DNA of 64,000 nucleotides, taken from NCBI RefSeq assembly GCF_006345805.1, contig NC_043002.1, positions 95,666,001 through 95,730,000 on the forward strand, written 5' to 3'. The notes under the pieces are model-generated. The model saw only the letters and a program-made list of their open reading frames with translations. It did no database searches and was not told where the DNA came from. Both the position numbers and the translations under genes were made by a program. Of this stretch, positions 1 through 12,865 are shown piece after piece. Numbering within the stretch: position 1 is the stretch's first letter; every line of letters begins with the position of its first letter. This DNA comes from Octopus sinensis. Lineage: Eukaryota.

Positions 1-2589
1 GAAAGTTTTTTTTTACTTGAGAAACCTTTGAAAACTAAATGCAACAGAAAATTATCTTGAGACCATAACTATGACAAACAGGCAGAGAAAGTAAGTTTTA
101 TTCAATATTTTCATGTAGTTTGACAATTGAAGATATACAATCTTAGTTGCCTGCCTGCCTGCATTTTTTATCAACATAAAATAAGCATAATCTCTTAGAT
201 GCAACCTCAGCTATGGAAATGGCATTTTACCATGCAAACCTACAAAGAATATTATGCCGAATATTTTGATTAAAGGGATTTGGTTAACCCATTGCTTGTC
301 CAAAGCTTTTTTCATAAGTTTGTCCTAAACATCCATGTTTGTTTGCAGACTCTTAGTTAGCCCTTGTTTTATGCATTCTGAGTAATATAAAGCTTTTCTT
401 TCTTAAGTCCTGAATTATTCTGGTGACTGGAGAAAAAAAATTGGCAATGTATATTACATATGATGCATAAACGCCAGGGAAATATGGCTTGTGTATCACA
501 GACAAAGAGTTAAATGTTGACATAAAACGAAGCATGATAATTTATTTTTCTTTGATATAAGATCATTGTTGTAATAAAACTCAAAAGTTAACTCAATGAA
601 TTGGAAGATGATATAATTTGATGACAGGAAAATTAAGTTAAGCAAAACAAGATCGTCGTTTTTAATGATTTGGTGTATGTAATATAATCTGCAGGAACAA
701 TGTAGGCTACATTATAGCTAAACTGCTATTACTAATATGTAGCTGATTTAATCAAGAGTACTACATATATTTTATATAAAAATTGTTAGAAATATTATAC
801 ATGTTTCATCAGGAAAAATATTAAACAGAAACTATAATTATGTTTAAGAATCAGAGCTCAAAAAATAAAACCCTTTACTTATAATACATTGAATATTACT
901 TAGCAAAAAATAGGGTACACATAAAGATGAAATCTTGAAAATAAGACACAGCGGTTGGAGTATATTAAAGATATTAAAGCTATATTCTAGCATTCAAAGA
1001 TCTGGAATTTTTGAGATTATATAGATTGGCTTTGCTTGCTGCTGAAAGTTTGTGATAGCATTGGGCTTAATTATTAAGTAACAATACCAAGAAGCAGTTC
1101 TAAAGTATTATTTTCACATAAAGCTTCCTACCATAATAGCCATTACTGTAAGTAATAATATACTAAAATGTTTCCCTTATTCGAGGTTTCTACTTGTAAG
1201 TTGATCGATACAAAATCAGTTCAGCTTCATGTGATCTAATTTGTTTTTAACACTTCCCAAAGTAATGTTTGTTCTCCCACAAGGAGATCTAACACTTCAA
1301 AAACAATCAAATGATTCTTTTAGCCAATAACAAAGGCTGATTATGGAGTGATTTGTCTTTCTGCCTAGCAGTCTGAAGAAACTACAGGAAATTGAAAGCT
1401 GCAGCTTTCTGGCTACAATCTTGAAATCTTGCCAGTTTTATATGGCTGACTTAATTTGGCATCTCTAACACTTTGTATTTCTTCTTAGTAATATTTTTTC
1501 TTCGTTTGCCTGTCTTTGCATTTGACCACATCTTGAAGTCTTTGTACAAAACGGTTCCCTAAAACTAGATATTACATTTAAAAGTTTTCAGACAACAGTT
1601 CACACATTACTTTTGTGACTCAATTGTCAGCAGTAGCCTGCAGTTTCACTCTCTGTAATTTACAGCCAAACCACTTAATTACTTTGCATCTCAGTATGGT
1701 TAAAATGTCTCAGAGGTATTTTGTTCTCACTCTCTGCATCCTGAGTTCAAATCCCACTGACTTCAGTTCTGCTACTCTACTTTTCATTCTTTCAAAGTCT
1801 ATTAAAAAAAAAAAAAAGCACCCATCCAGGGTGTTTGATTGATGGATCTGTTATAGGTACTTTGTGGTACCTGTTCTGAATCATTGCATTCTGACATTGA
1901 TGCTAAACTATATGAGCCCAGATTCATGGACTTCCCTTTTTGATCACTGGTTCTTAACTTTTTTTTCGTAGCTCCCCTTCTTAAGTAGTTCTAATGCCTA
2001 AGTGACAAGTGAAGTATCATGACTAAAATAACTTAACATGAATGGTAATATATAAATATTACTTAAATGGACATCATAGATGAAGAAAACAAGTAAGACT
2101 GCACACCCCCAAAAAGTATTTTTCAAGATATAAATATAACATTAAAACTTAATTTTTCTAGTTCAAACATATCTTTAGCCACAATATATATGTATCTCTC
2201 ATTTTATTTTAATAACCATTACTAGTTTTATCATGCATAACATAATTACTGCTATAAGTAAAATTTATTATGTCAATTGTTACCGCACCTTGCAGGAGCA
2301 CTCTGTCGAAGGGTCTGGTTGAACAAATCAACCCCAGTACTTATTCTTAGGTATACTACTTATTCTATCAGGCTCTTTTACCAAACCCCAGCACTTATGT
2401 TTTCATAGGTCAAACAAAATTCATTGAAGCAGATTCCTATGAGATGCTCGTCTCCACACCCCATTTCCAAAGAAAGGAATAATTTTCCCCATTCTGGGTA
2501 TGTTTCCATGGGAGATTACAAAAAAAGTCTATGAATTTCCATCTGCATGTTATTATCATTGAGTATATGTATGTATATATATATATATA

Positions 2590-2968
2590 GGGAGAGTTTA
2601 CGAAAAAAACAAAAGACGAAGACAGGTGGTGTACAAAACAAACAGATGTATTAGTATAACGCTCAGGAATAGAAAAAATCTTTTTCATTTCGAGCCTACG
2701 CTCTTCTACAGAAAGGGACACAGAAAAAACAAGGAGAGAAAGAAGGAGAGAAAAAAATGTGTGTAGTGGCTAATGATCTATCATAGGAATAGTAAAAGTC
2801 TTTTACGTTTCAAGCCTACACTCTTCTACAGAAAGAGACACAAAAAAAACAAGGAGAGAAAAAATGTGTGTAGTGGCTAACAATCTATCATAGGAATAGA
2901 AAAAGTCTTTTATGTTTCGAGCCTACGCTCTTCTACAGAAAGGGACGCAGAAAAAAACAAGGAGAGAA
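2590..2968 (-). mobile_element. Penelope-like terminal-repeat/retrozyme-like fragment: three tandem units (periods 120 and 107 bp), each with a hammerhead-like motif
   Basis: Unit starts (aggaatag) at 2665, 2785 and 2892, flanked by (TA)n. Minus-strand consensus cttt-CTGTAGA-A-GAGC-gtag-GCTC-GAAA-CG-TA-aaag. A fourth copy lies at 8317-8500. Confidence 0.6.
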
Positions 2969-3387
2969 TATATTTATATATATATGGTGAATGAGTTTCA
3001 AGTGTGATACTAATCTTCAGGCATTTTGAAATTGAAATGGCATCACACTTGAAAATCTCGGAGTACCAATGAATTTGAATCAAACTGTTTTGACCCATAT
3101 GTGTGTGTGTGTGTGAACATCATCATCATTATCTAATGTCCACTTTTCTATGTTTGCATGGGACACACAGACTCTATTGCAGCAGATTTCCTTCAGCTGA
3201 ATGGCCTTCCTCCTGTCAACCCTTATCTGTTTCCAGGCAAGGAAATATTTCCAATAGTCAGACATGTTTCCCCAAGGAAGACTGGAAATGAGCAATATTA
3301 ATTGCATGATGGTGATGCTCATCCTGTAACTACCACGTAATGTCAGGACAAGGGTGAACACATGTGCATGGAGAAGTGAATGCAAAA

Positions 3388-3438
3388 TGATGGTGGTGGT
3401 GGTGGTGATGATGATGATAATGATGGTGGCGGTGATGA

Positions 3439-3470
<32 letters not shown>

Positions 3471-3717
3471 ACAATGATGATGATGGTGATGATGGTGGTG
3501 GTGATGATGATGATGATGATGATGGTGATGGTGGTGGTGGTGACAACGATGATGATGGTGATGATGGTGGTGGTGATGATGATGGTGATGATGGTGGTGG
3601 TGATGATGGTGGTGGTGATGATGGTGATGATGGTGGTGGTGATGATGATGATGGTGATGATGGTGATGATTGTGGTGATGATGGTGGTGGTGATGATGAT
3701 GATAATGATGGTGGTGG

Positions 3718-3748
<31 letters not shown>

Positions 3749-3775
3749 GACAACGATGATGATGGTGATGATTGT
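3388..3775. repeat. Compound (GAT)n/(GGT)n trinucleotide microsatellite
   Basis: Directly visible. It generates the poly-His, poly-Asp/Gly and poly-Ser/Pro ORFs in all six frames. Confidence 0.95.
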
Positions 3776-3850
3776 GCTGAGCAGTGGGACTGAACCCAAG
3801 ACCACATGGTTTGAAAACTAGCTTCTTAACCACACAACCAGGCTACTACC

Positions 3851-3881
<31 letters not shown>

Positions 3882-3969
3882 CACAATTGAGAGGGGGTGT
3901 TCATATATGTACCTGAGCAGGTTCTATTTCAATATTTATTTGCCAGTGTACAAGTATGTATGTATGTAA

Positions 3970-4003
<34 letters not shown>

Positions 4004-4352
4004 ATGCGTGCATGTATGGGTGTGCATAGATATATTGCACATGAATTGAGCCAAAGAGCAGAGCAAAGAAAGCATACTGTCAATAGAAAGAGAAAAGATG
4101 AAGTTATCAATGCAATAAAGTGATATTACTGTGTGGTGATAACTTATCGACAAAATCGACACACAAGAGTGCAGTCAACCATAAACACAATATTGATGAA
4201 GATGTTAGAACAGCCAAAAGAAAATTAAAGACAGATTCCTCATATAGAATAAGAAAACTTGAAAACGTTCTTTGTATTTTTGCAGGTATACCTTTAAACA
4301 CCAACACACAGACACACAGACAGACACACATGCACATGCAACACATACATTT

Positions 4353-4354
4353 AG

Positions 4355-4398
<44 letters not shown>

Positions 4399-4638
4399 GG
4401 ATGGATATATACATATATGTATATATATACATAATGCATATACATATATATTCATATATATATACACACACACATTTATTCATGTGCACACACATACATA
4501 TATATACATACACATATACATATACATAATGCATATACATACATATTCAAATATATATATAATATATATATATAAATATATATGTATATGTCTATATATA
4601 CATATACAAACCTATATATATATAATGCATATACGTAC

Positions 4639-4671
<33 letters not shown>

Positions 4672-4910
4672 TATATATATATATACACATATATATGTAT
4701 ATGCATATATACATATTTACATTCACACATGCGTACACAAGTATATGCATATTTGTCAATGTGTGTATGTGTGTGTGTACAAATAATAACGTGCACATTT
4801 ATATATAAATAGATATATATGTGTGTGTACATGCATGCAAACATTTATGTATGTGTGCATATATGTGTTTGTGCATATATGTGTTTGTGCATATATGTGT
4901 ATGTTTATGT
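4353..4910. repeat. (GATA)n plus (TA)/(CA) low-complexity tract
   Basis: Directly visible. Confidence 0.9.
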
Positions 4911-5380
4911 GATTGATATCCAGTTATTATTAAATTTAATTTATTGAATTTTTAAAATTACTTGTTTACAATTTAACCATCTTTCAAAAAGAGAGAGAGT
5001 GGAAAAACCAAAGAGCATAATCATCAAACACTATTACTAAGTCAAATAATATTCAATGTAACTTCAAAATCCTCTTGAAACAAAGTCAAATGAGATGTTA
5101 CTTTGTTTTGAAGTACTATTTTTAAAGACGATGATAGATATTTGACAAGTGAACCATTTAAAATAAAATCCTTTTATATACTTTTATTTTCAACACATCT
5201 CATTATGACATTCAGACTTCATCTTTACATCTTTCCATATTTCCCCTCTCTTCTGACAGTAAATTTTAATCTCATTTTCTCTGCCAATTCAGTGAACCTG
5301 AAGATATAGTATTGATATGATGTTTTGAGTATTCTTAAATAATATCAATACAATTGTTTGTTAGCCCTAAGGATTGCACA

Positions 5381-5399
5381 CAATAATAATAAAAATAAA

Positions 5400-5439
<40 letters not shown>

Positions 5440-5459
5440 TAATAATAATAATAATAATA

Positions 5460-5495
<36 letters not shown>

Positions 5496-5520
5496 CAACA
5501 AAACAACAATAATAATGATA
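5381..5520. repeat. (AAT)n microsatellite
   Basis: Directly visible. Confidence 0.95.
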
Positions 5521-5678
5521 AATATTTTCCTAAAATATAAAAACCAAAAGAAGATTAATGGTTACTAAAACTATCTTTTATATTATTTGTTACTAAAATA
5601 GAAATCAATAAAGATATAAACATCTGCTTGCAAGAATATTAATTTATTTGGTACATATATATACATGTGTGTATATAA

Positions 5679-5722
<44 letters not shown>

Positions 5723-5858
5723 CACACACACAGAGCAAATTAGTTAATACTTATGCTTATGTATATAAATGTATATACATGTATTATGGCAAGGGCATTG
5801 CACTCGTGATCTCTAGATTGTTGTTTCAATCCCAACGAGTGGTATGTTGTGTTCTTAA

Positions 5859-6078
5859 CCCTTTAGTGTTTAAACTGGCCATATCCAGCCGAAGTTTTCT
5901 ACATATTTTATGTTTAAACTGACCAGATCAGGCCTTTCACACCTAACCTACATTGACATTCTAAAAATGAACAATCACGTCATTGAAACCTCAAAGCTAT
6001 AAGATAATGCATGATTAGTTAAAAACAATTTAAGTAAAGAATTATTACATTTAACAGAGTAATCTGAACACTAAAGGG
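5859..6078. mobile_element. piggyBac-type MITE
   Basis: TTAA on both sides (5855-5858, 6079-6082) and TIR CCCTTTAGTGTT. A related truncated copy lies at about 36537-36725. Confidence 0.8.
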
Positions 6079-6806
6079 TTAAACAAAGCACTTCATCTCA
6101 CATTGCTCTGCAATCACTTTGACACCCGATGTGTGTCACATCGAGCACCTGTTCAGGTAACATCGATTTCATAAAGAGAGTGAGCTAATGTACAGCACAT
6201 ACATTTGATCACTATTCACAAATCATTTGTGAAGATCATTCAGCAAAATAGCTGAACACTCATTCATAATCTTCTACTGGGGAGTCCGTCCATCATATGT
6301 GTGAGTATATCTATTATATAAAATCCGTTCTGTCTGTCTGTGTGTGTGTCTTCTAGGATCTCGGGCATCTTCCATCCTATTGTGCTCAAATTTGATATAT
6401 GGATACCAACAGTTTCAGGCCATGTATAAGTCTTGAAAAAATTACAAAAATTGATTCCAGGTGAGACTGCGATCGATAAAGCATTCTTTGGAATAGAAAA
6501 AGATTCTATCTTTATTTCTTCTTTTATTGGTGTCTCAAATTTAAGTTAAATCAGTGTTTCTCAAAGGGGAGGCCTATAGGACGGTCGGACAAGTTGTTTT
6601 GAGAAAATTTAGTTTAAATGTTTGACAACTCAGCACTGTCTATTGGACGGGAGGGGGCGATTGGCTTGTGTATATATATCAGCCGAAATTGCGAAGATGA
6701 TCAGGATCTTGGCTGAAGATTGAAGGCTTCGAATGTCCCGTCCGTGTTTTTTGTATCGTCTTCTAAATGTTTCACGTTCTTGTCCCAGTTTGTATTTTTT
6801 TACATT

Positions 6807-6879
<73 letters not shown>

Positions 6880-6924
6880 TATATATATATATATATATAT
6901 AAATATGTATATGTATACACATAT

Positions 6925-7388
6925 GGTGGTTGTCTACTCCTGAAACAGAGCTTGACCACCCCCTGTAACTACACCTTAGCACCATCATGGCGTCAGATGT
7001 GGCTTTTGAAACTAGACAATGTTCTGAAAAGACACCCACATAGATTGCACCTCTGATTTGGACCACCAATACCTGCAGATAAGTTCTGCACTTCGTGGAT
7101 CTAAACATGTCTTTTGAGGCCTCCGTTGGATTTGCAAACCTTCTGGCATACACTGCATTCAAAGGTGTGTACAGACATATAGGCAGAATAGTTGGTGGAA
7201 GTTCGTTTTCCACGCATTCGCAGATGAGTTTTGAGGCCAGCCAAAGACAGGTATGGTCTGTCACAGACTGTGCACACAAAAAGGTCATTGTCATTCACCT
7301 TCTCGATCGTAACATTCTTAGATTTCTTCTGAGTCTTACTTGCATTATTCTGGCCCCCTCAAATCTTTTTACTCCACTCCACACCTTT
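6925..7388 (-). mobile_element. RTE/BovB-like LINE 3' fragment encoding three C2H2 zinc fingers (decayed)
   Basis: [15 protein letters not shown]...LRRNLR (RTE C-terminal motif), then CTVC..GLKTHLR, CSVC..GLKRHV*IH and CNLC..FKSHI*RH. Internal stops; flanked by (TA)n. Confidence 0.7.
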
Positions 7389-7427
7389 GTATGCATGTAT
7401 GTATGTACGTATGTATGTATGTACGTG

Positions 7428-7462
<35 letters not shown>

Positions 7463-8220
7463 GTATATATATATACATATATATATTCCTGAGCGCCATA
7501 CTAATACTAATACAATTGTTTGTTTGTATTCCACCTGCCTTCGTCTTTTGTTTATTTTCATAAAGCTTCCTGTTATATATATATATGTATATATATATAT
7601 GTGTGTATGTATATATGTGTATGTATGTATGTACGTAAGCATGTTTATGCATATGCATATATTATCTATAATAATAAAAGCGAAATTCTGTCTGTCCATC
7701 TAGGACGCCTGTATTGCAGTCTACATTTGCTCCACATAGGCATATATTATACCTTTTTGGAATCAGGTTAATCCCAGTATTGAAAATCTGCCATCCATTT
7801 GGTTCTTGAACATCCAGCATTGGGAGCTGATTTAAAAGCATTTGGGTTGTTAACTCTAAGAGGTAAAGCTTGGCTGATTCATGCCAACTTGGTTGGCATT
7901 TGTCAGATGACATCAGAGATCAAGGGAAAAATAAATGATATTCGCTTCATTAGTTTTACATTGAGATAAGAACTTTGGGATAAATTGACCAACAGTTGGA
8001 ATTCAACTTGGGACTGGAAAAATAGAATGATTGCATTACAGAATTAATTCTCTTCTATCTTTAACCTCAGATCAAACAGACTGGGCCATACAGTCATTAT
8101 AGATGTATTGTAATCATGCTATTTAGCTCTCTTTAGTTTTGAGCCACAGGCCCAATTATCCCTCTGCAGGAGCTAACATAAAAGTCTACACAGAGTGTGG
8201 CTTTTAAGCCAGTATATATG

Positions 8221-8284
<64 letters not shown>

Positions 8285-8316
8285 CATATATATGTGTGTG
8301 TGTGTAGAGAGAGAGA

Positions 8317-8990
8317 GAGAATTCACAAAAAAAAAACAAAAGACGAAAACAGGTAGTGTAGACAACAAAACAGATGTATTAATTTAACGCTCAGCAAGTG
8401 AAAAAGTCTTTAACGTTTCAAGCGTACACTCTTTCACAGAAAGGAACACAGAAAGAAACAAGGAGAGAAAATAAAGAATGTGTAGTGGGTAAAAATCTAT
8501 CATGGTGAATGCTGGACAGAGGGATCAAACAGGAGAGCTAGGAAGAAGGGGAGATAATAAAGTAGTGGTGATCCCAAAATGAAGGTGCACGTATGTGTGT
8601 ATAAGAGAGTAGTTATGTGCATGTAGAAGAGGCCTGGTGACCTTGACGTGTGCATGTGTGTATGTGTAGGTGTGTGGATGATGGTGTGGGGCTGGGAAGT
8701 GGTCAGTGCTAGTGTGTGCATGGTAGTGTGATGTGATGTGGTGTTGCATGGTATGGTGGTGTATGGTGCGGTGGTGTTGGGATGTGGGGGAGACGAGAGT
8801 GGAGGAAGCAAGGGTGGTGTGTGGGTTAGGCTGAGGGTGGGAGCAGAGGTGGGGTATGTGGGTTAGGCTGATGGTGGCAAAATATATATATATCTTAGGA
8901 AACAACATGTTGTACTGCTGGGTATTCATGCCGGAAGCTCCAATAAAAATATTTCAGAGTGCTTGGGTGTCAATCCGAGGACATGTATAG
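8317..8990 (-). mobile_element. Longer copy of the 2590-2968 family (Penelope-like 3' region)
   Basis: 8317-8500 aligns by eye with 2590-2783, including a decayed hammerhead-like motif at 8407-8443. It continues into a GT-rich segment. Confidence 0.55.
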
Positions 8991-8999
8991 AGAGTGGTA

Positions 9000-9956
9000 A
9001 AAAGCAAACATCCATCATGATGTTTGGTGTGATCATTTGTGATGGTGATGTTATGCCTCACTTCATCTTCCCACATGGCCCCAGACACAACACAGAGGCC
9101 TAAATCAAGTGCCTGGAGGAGATAGTACTGCACTGAGTCAAGAGGGTGGCTATTAGTAGACCCCTATGTCAGCAACAGGACTCAGCAGCATGCTACACAA
9201 GCAGGAGAACCCAGCTAAGGCTGTCAGACAATTTCTGTGACCATGTAACCCCTAACATCTGGCTGCTTAACTTACCAGACTGCAACCTCCTTGATTATTA
9301 TATGAGTAAGGGACCAACAAAACTCCTTGTAACACCAAATATGAACTGAAGGTAAGGATTAAACAAGGAGACCATCTGGAAGAATTGTAGGAGATTCAAA
9401 AGTCGTCTGGAGGCCCTGTTTGAAACCAATAGCTCTTTTATTAAATAAATTTACTCTTTAGTATATTTCAAGATATTTAGATATTTCAAGATATTTTTAT
9501 ATAAATGTGATGTCAGTGTTATTTTCACTTTTGCGTAATTTAGACAATTTATTCTGAGGAAGCACTCCGTCAATGAGGGTTCCGGTTGATCCAAATCAAC
9601 GGAACAGCCTGCTCATGAAATTAATGTGTAAGTGGCTGAACACTCCACAGACACGTGCACCCTTAACGTAGTTCTCGGGGATATTCAGCGTGACACAGAG
9701 AGTGACAAGGCCGGCCCCTTGAAATACAGGTACAACAGAAACAGGAAGTAAGAGTGAGAGAAAGTTGTGGTGAAAGAGTACAGCAGGGATCACCACCATC
9801 CCCTGCCAGAGACTCGTGGAGCTTTTAGGTGTTTTCGCTCAATAAACACTCACAACGCCTGGTCTGGGAATCGAAACCGCGATCCTATGACCGCGAGTCC
9901 GCTGCCCTAACCACTGGGCCATTGCGCCTCCACAACAATTTATTCACTGCACCCTG
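9000..9956 (+). mobile_element. Tc1/mariner DD37D (maT)-type transposase remnant with right end, interrupted by a SINE
   Basis: MMFGVI..DG.VMP.FIF and QQDSAACYTSRRTQ..LSDNF.DH..PNIW..N.PDCNLLDYY. Ends ...caccctg|TA. Confidence 0.75.
9555..9933 (-). mobile_element. tRNA-derived SINE, family A
   Basis: Minus-strand head GGAGGCGCAATGGCCCAGTGGTTAG...GGTTTCGATTCC (Pol III A/B boxes). TSD ACAATTTATTC at 9544-9554 and 9935-9945. Confidence 0.9.
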
Positions 9957-10584
9957 TATATAGATATATGTATGTATACACACACACACACAAGTACTGG
10001 ACGTGCCTGGTGTGTCATAAATTAAGTCAGCAACAAGACATTCATAAGTAGAGGAAAATGTATCATGCTTTTATATGGAAAAGATAACCAGTAGTTTTTC
10101 TGACATTAAAGGGGTTGAAAGATGAAATCTTGCCTGTTCATTCTTCTCATTTATTGTACAAGATATCTACAGAATTTTTTTTCATATTATAGCTTTTACC
10201 TAAAATTCCTGCCAGGTGATTTATGTTAAAATGATTCAGGTGTTATTGTTTTTTGTTCTTTGATTGTAAATTATACTGTCGGATGATAATAATACTATTG
10301 GAATGTATATATGTATGTATGTATATATATCATCATCATCATCAACATCATCACCATCATTTAACGTCTGTTGTCCATGCTGGCATGGGTTGGACAGTTT
10401 GGCCAGAGCTGGTAAGCTGAAGGGCTGCACCAGGTTCCAGTCTGATCTGGCAAAATTTCTACAGCTGGATGCCCTTCTTAATGCCAACCACTCTGAGAGC
10501 ATGATGGATGCTTTTACACGCCAGTTTTGTGACACCAGTATCTGCCACAAACCTAGTTACTTAACTACTACAATTAACACTTGA

Positions 10585-10994
10585 TACTCTTTTACTCTTT
10601 TACTTGTTTCAGTCATTTGACTGCGGCCATGCTGGAGCACCGCCTTTAGTCGAGCAAATCGACCCCGGGACTTATTCTTTGTAAGCCCAGTACTTTTTCT
10701 ATCGGTCTCTTTTGCCAAACCGCTAAGTAACGGGGACATAAACACACCAGCATCGGTTGTCAAGCAATGCTAGGGGGACAAACACAGACACACAAACATA
10801 TACACACACACTTATATATATATATATACATATATACGACAGGCTTCTTTCAGTTTCCGTCTACCAAATCCACTCACAAGGCATTGGTCGGCCCGGGGCT
10901 ATAGCAGAAGACACTTGCCCAAGATGCCACGCAGTGGGACTGAACCCGGAACCATGTGGTTGGTTAGCAAGCTACTTACCACACAGCCACTCCT
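10585..10994 (-). mobile_element. tRNA-derived SINE, family C (CORE-like, internal TA/CA tract)
   Basis: Near-identical to the copies at 35214, 42398 and 60402. Head GGAGTGGCTGTGTGGTAAG...GGTTCAGTCCC, CORE-like TTGGGCAAGTG, (GTAAAAGA)n tail. Confidence 0.85.
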
Positions 10995-11266
10995 AACCAA
11001 AATTTATGTTCTTTATATGATTATTCCTAGGAGTTAAAGCAGGTTGAACGATGAAATATTTGGAAGACAAACATGTTCCTGTGAAACATGTTGGTAGCAG
11101 TAAGTTAATTTCACTTGGTTTGATGAGTCTTCTTCTCAAGCACAGCATATTGCCAAAGGTCTCGGTCATTTGTCATTGCCTTTGTGAGGCTCAAAAGGTG
11201 ATTTTTATATGTCACCAGCACTGGTGCCAGTTATATGACACCAGCATTGGCCACATTGCCTCCGTT

Positions 11267-11572
11267 GTGGAGGCACATGACCTAGTGGTTAGAGCAGTGG
11301 ACTCGCAGTCAAGGGATCGTGAGTTCGAATCTCAGACCGGGCGATGTGTGTACTTATGAGCGAAACACCTAAGCTCCACATGGCTCTGGCAGAAGGTAAT
11401 GGCAAAACTTCTGCTGACTCTTTCACCACAACTTTCTCTCGCTCTTTCTTCCTGCATCTTGCAGCTCACCTGCGATGGACCGGCGTCCCATCCAGGTGGG
11501 GAACCTATACACCAAGAAACCAGGAAACCGGCCCTTATGAGCCAGGCATGGCTCGAGAAGGAACAAACAAAA
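11267..11572 (+). mobile_element. tRNA-derived SINE, family B
   Basis: A/B boxes (TGACCTAGTGG, GAGTTCGAATC), (ACAA) tail, TSD ACATTGCCTCC. Confidence 0.85.
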
Positions 11573-11709
11573 AGACATTGCCTCCATGCAGCCCAACACT
11601 CAACACACACACACACACACATATATATTCAGTGAGATCTAAGTGTGATTTAGCAAACTGTGTATGCTCACCTGAAGAGGCATAATTCACCAGTGACACT
11701 GAAATAATG

Positions 11710-12096
11710 GGAGGGAAGCACTCCGTCGGTTACGAGGACGAGGGTTCCGGTTGATCTGAATCAACAGAACAGCCTGCTCATGAAATTAACGTGTAAGTGG
11801 CTGAGCACTCCACAGACACGTGTACCCTTAACGTAGCTCTCGGGGATATTCAGCGTGACACAGAGAGTGACAAGGCCAGCCCTTTGAAATACAGGTACAA
11901 CAGAAACAGGAAGTAAGAGTGAGAGAAAGTTGTGGTGAAAGAGTACAGCAGGGATCACCACCATCCCCTGCCGGAGCCTCATGGAGCTTTAGGTGTTTTT
12001 GCTCAATAAACACTCACAACGCCTGGTCTGGGAATCAAAACCGCGATCCTATGACCGCGAGTCCGCTACCCTAACCACTGGGCCATTGCGCCTCCA
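11710..12096 (-). mobile_element. tRNA-derived SINE, family A
   Basis: Near-identical to 9555-9933. TSD CACTGAAATAATG. Confidence 0.9.
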
Positions 12097-12342
12097 CACT
12101 GAAATAATGATAATAATAATGACATGATATGTTGAGTTATATTCTATATGATGCTTCAGGAATACTTTTACTGGTAAATCAACAATGAAATGGTTTGTAG
12201 TGTTATGCAATAAAGTGTGTTACTCAATGCACACACAAAAAGTACCCATGCTATAGCACCCATGACAGCGCCACGTAATAGCACCTGTGGCAGCAAATCA
12301 CCAATTACACACATGCACACACACATACAAACAAGCACACAT

Positions 12343-12424
<82 letters not shown>

Positions 12425-12460
12425 GTATATACACATACATATATGTCATAGTTCAGAACA

Positions 12461-12590
12461 GTGAAATTCAAATCAGATAAAGCTTGAAATAATAGCGAGT
12501 GAATATTGGGTTCAAACCCCCTTTAGATAGAAAAAGTTGAATCAGTATTCACTTGCTATCATTCATAGCTTTATCTGCTTTGAGTCTTAC
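12461..12590. repeat. Imperfect inverted repeat (about 50-bp arms, about 20-nt loop)
   Basis: tcaaatcagataaagct...gagtgaatattg pairs with cagtattcacttg...agctttatctgctttga. Confidence 0.8.
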
Positions 12591-12647
12591 CATTAAAATA
12601 AAAAGAAGAATTTTATGTTCTCTCGAAGTTTCTAAATTCCCATGAAG

Positions 12648-12694
<47 letters not shown>

Positions 12695-12747
12695 TATATA
12701 TTGTTATATTTTGAAATGGTTATTTTGCCAGTTTAGCCAATAAATAT

Positions 12748-12804
<57 letters not shown>

Positions 12805-12865
12805 GAGGACAGAAGATGGAATATATGAGAATTTTTATTATTAATCGTACATATATATATATATA

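Noticed and set aside
3080-3833. Long ORFs rich in His, Asp/Gly, Ser/Pro and Met/Val
   Set aside because: They are open in all frames because of the (GAT/GGT)n repeat; there is no non-repetitive coding context.
6680-6745. CTGAAGA...GAAT-GTC hammerhead-like string (also CTGAAGA/CTGATGA hits near 807, 11672, 32430, 37808 and 53030)
   Set aside because: No compatible stem II plus GAAA plus stem I arrangement.
9860-9933. tRNA-like sequences at SINE heads
   Set aside because: They continue into SINE bodies with TSDs; they are not stand-alone tRNA genes.
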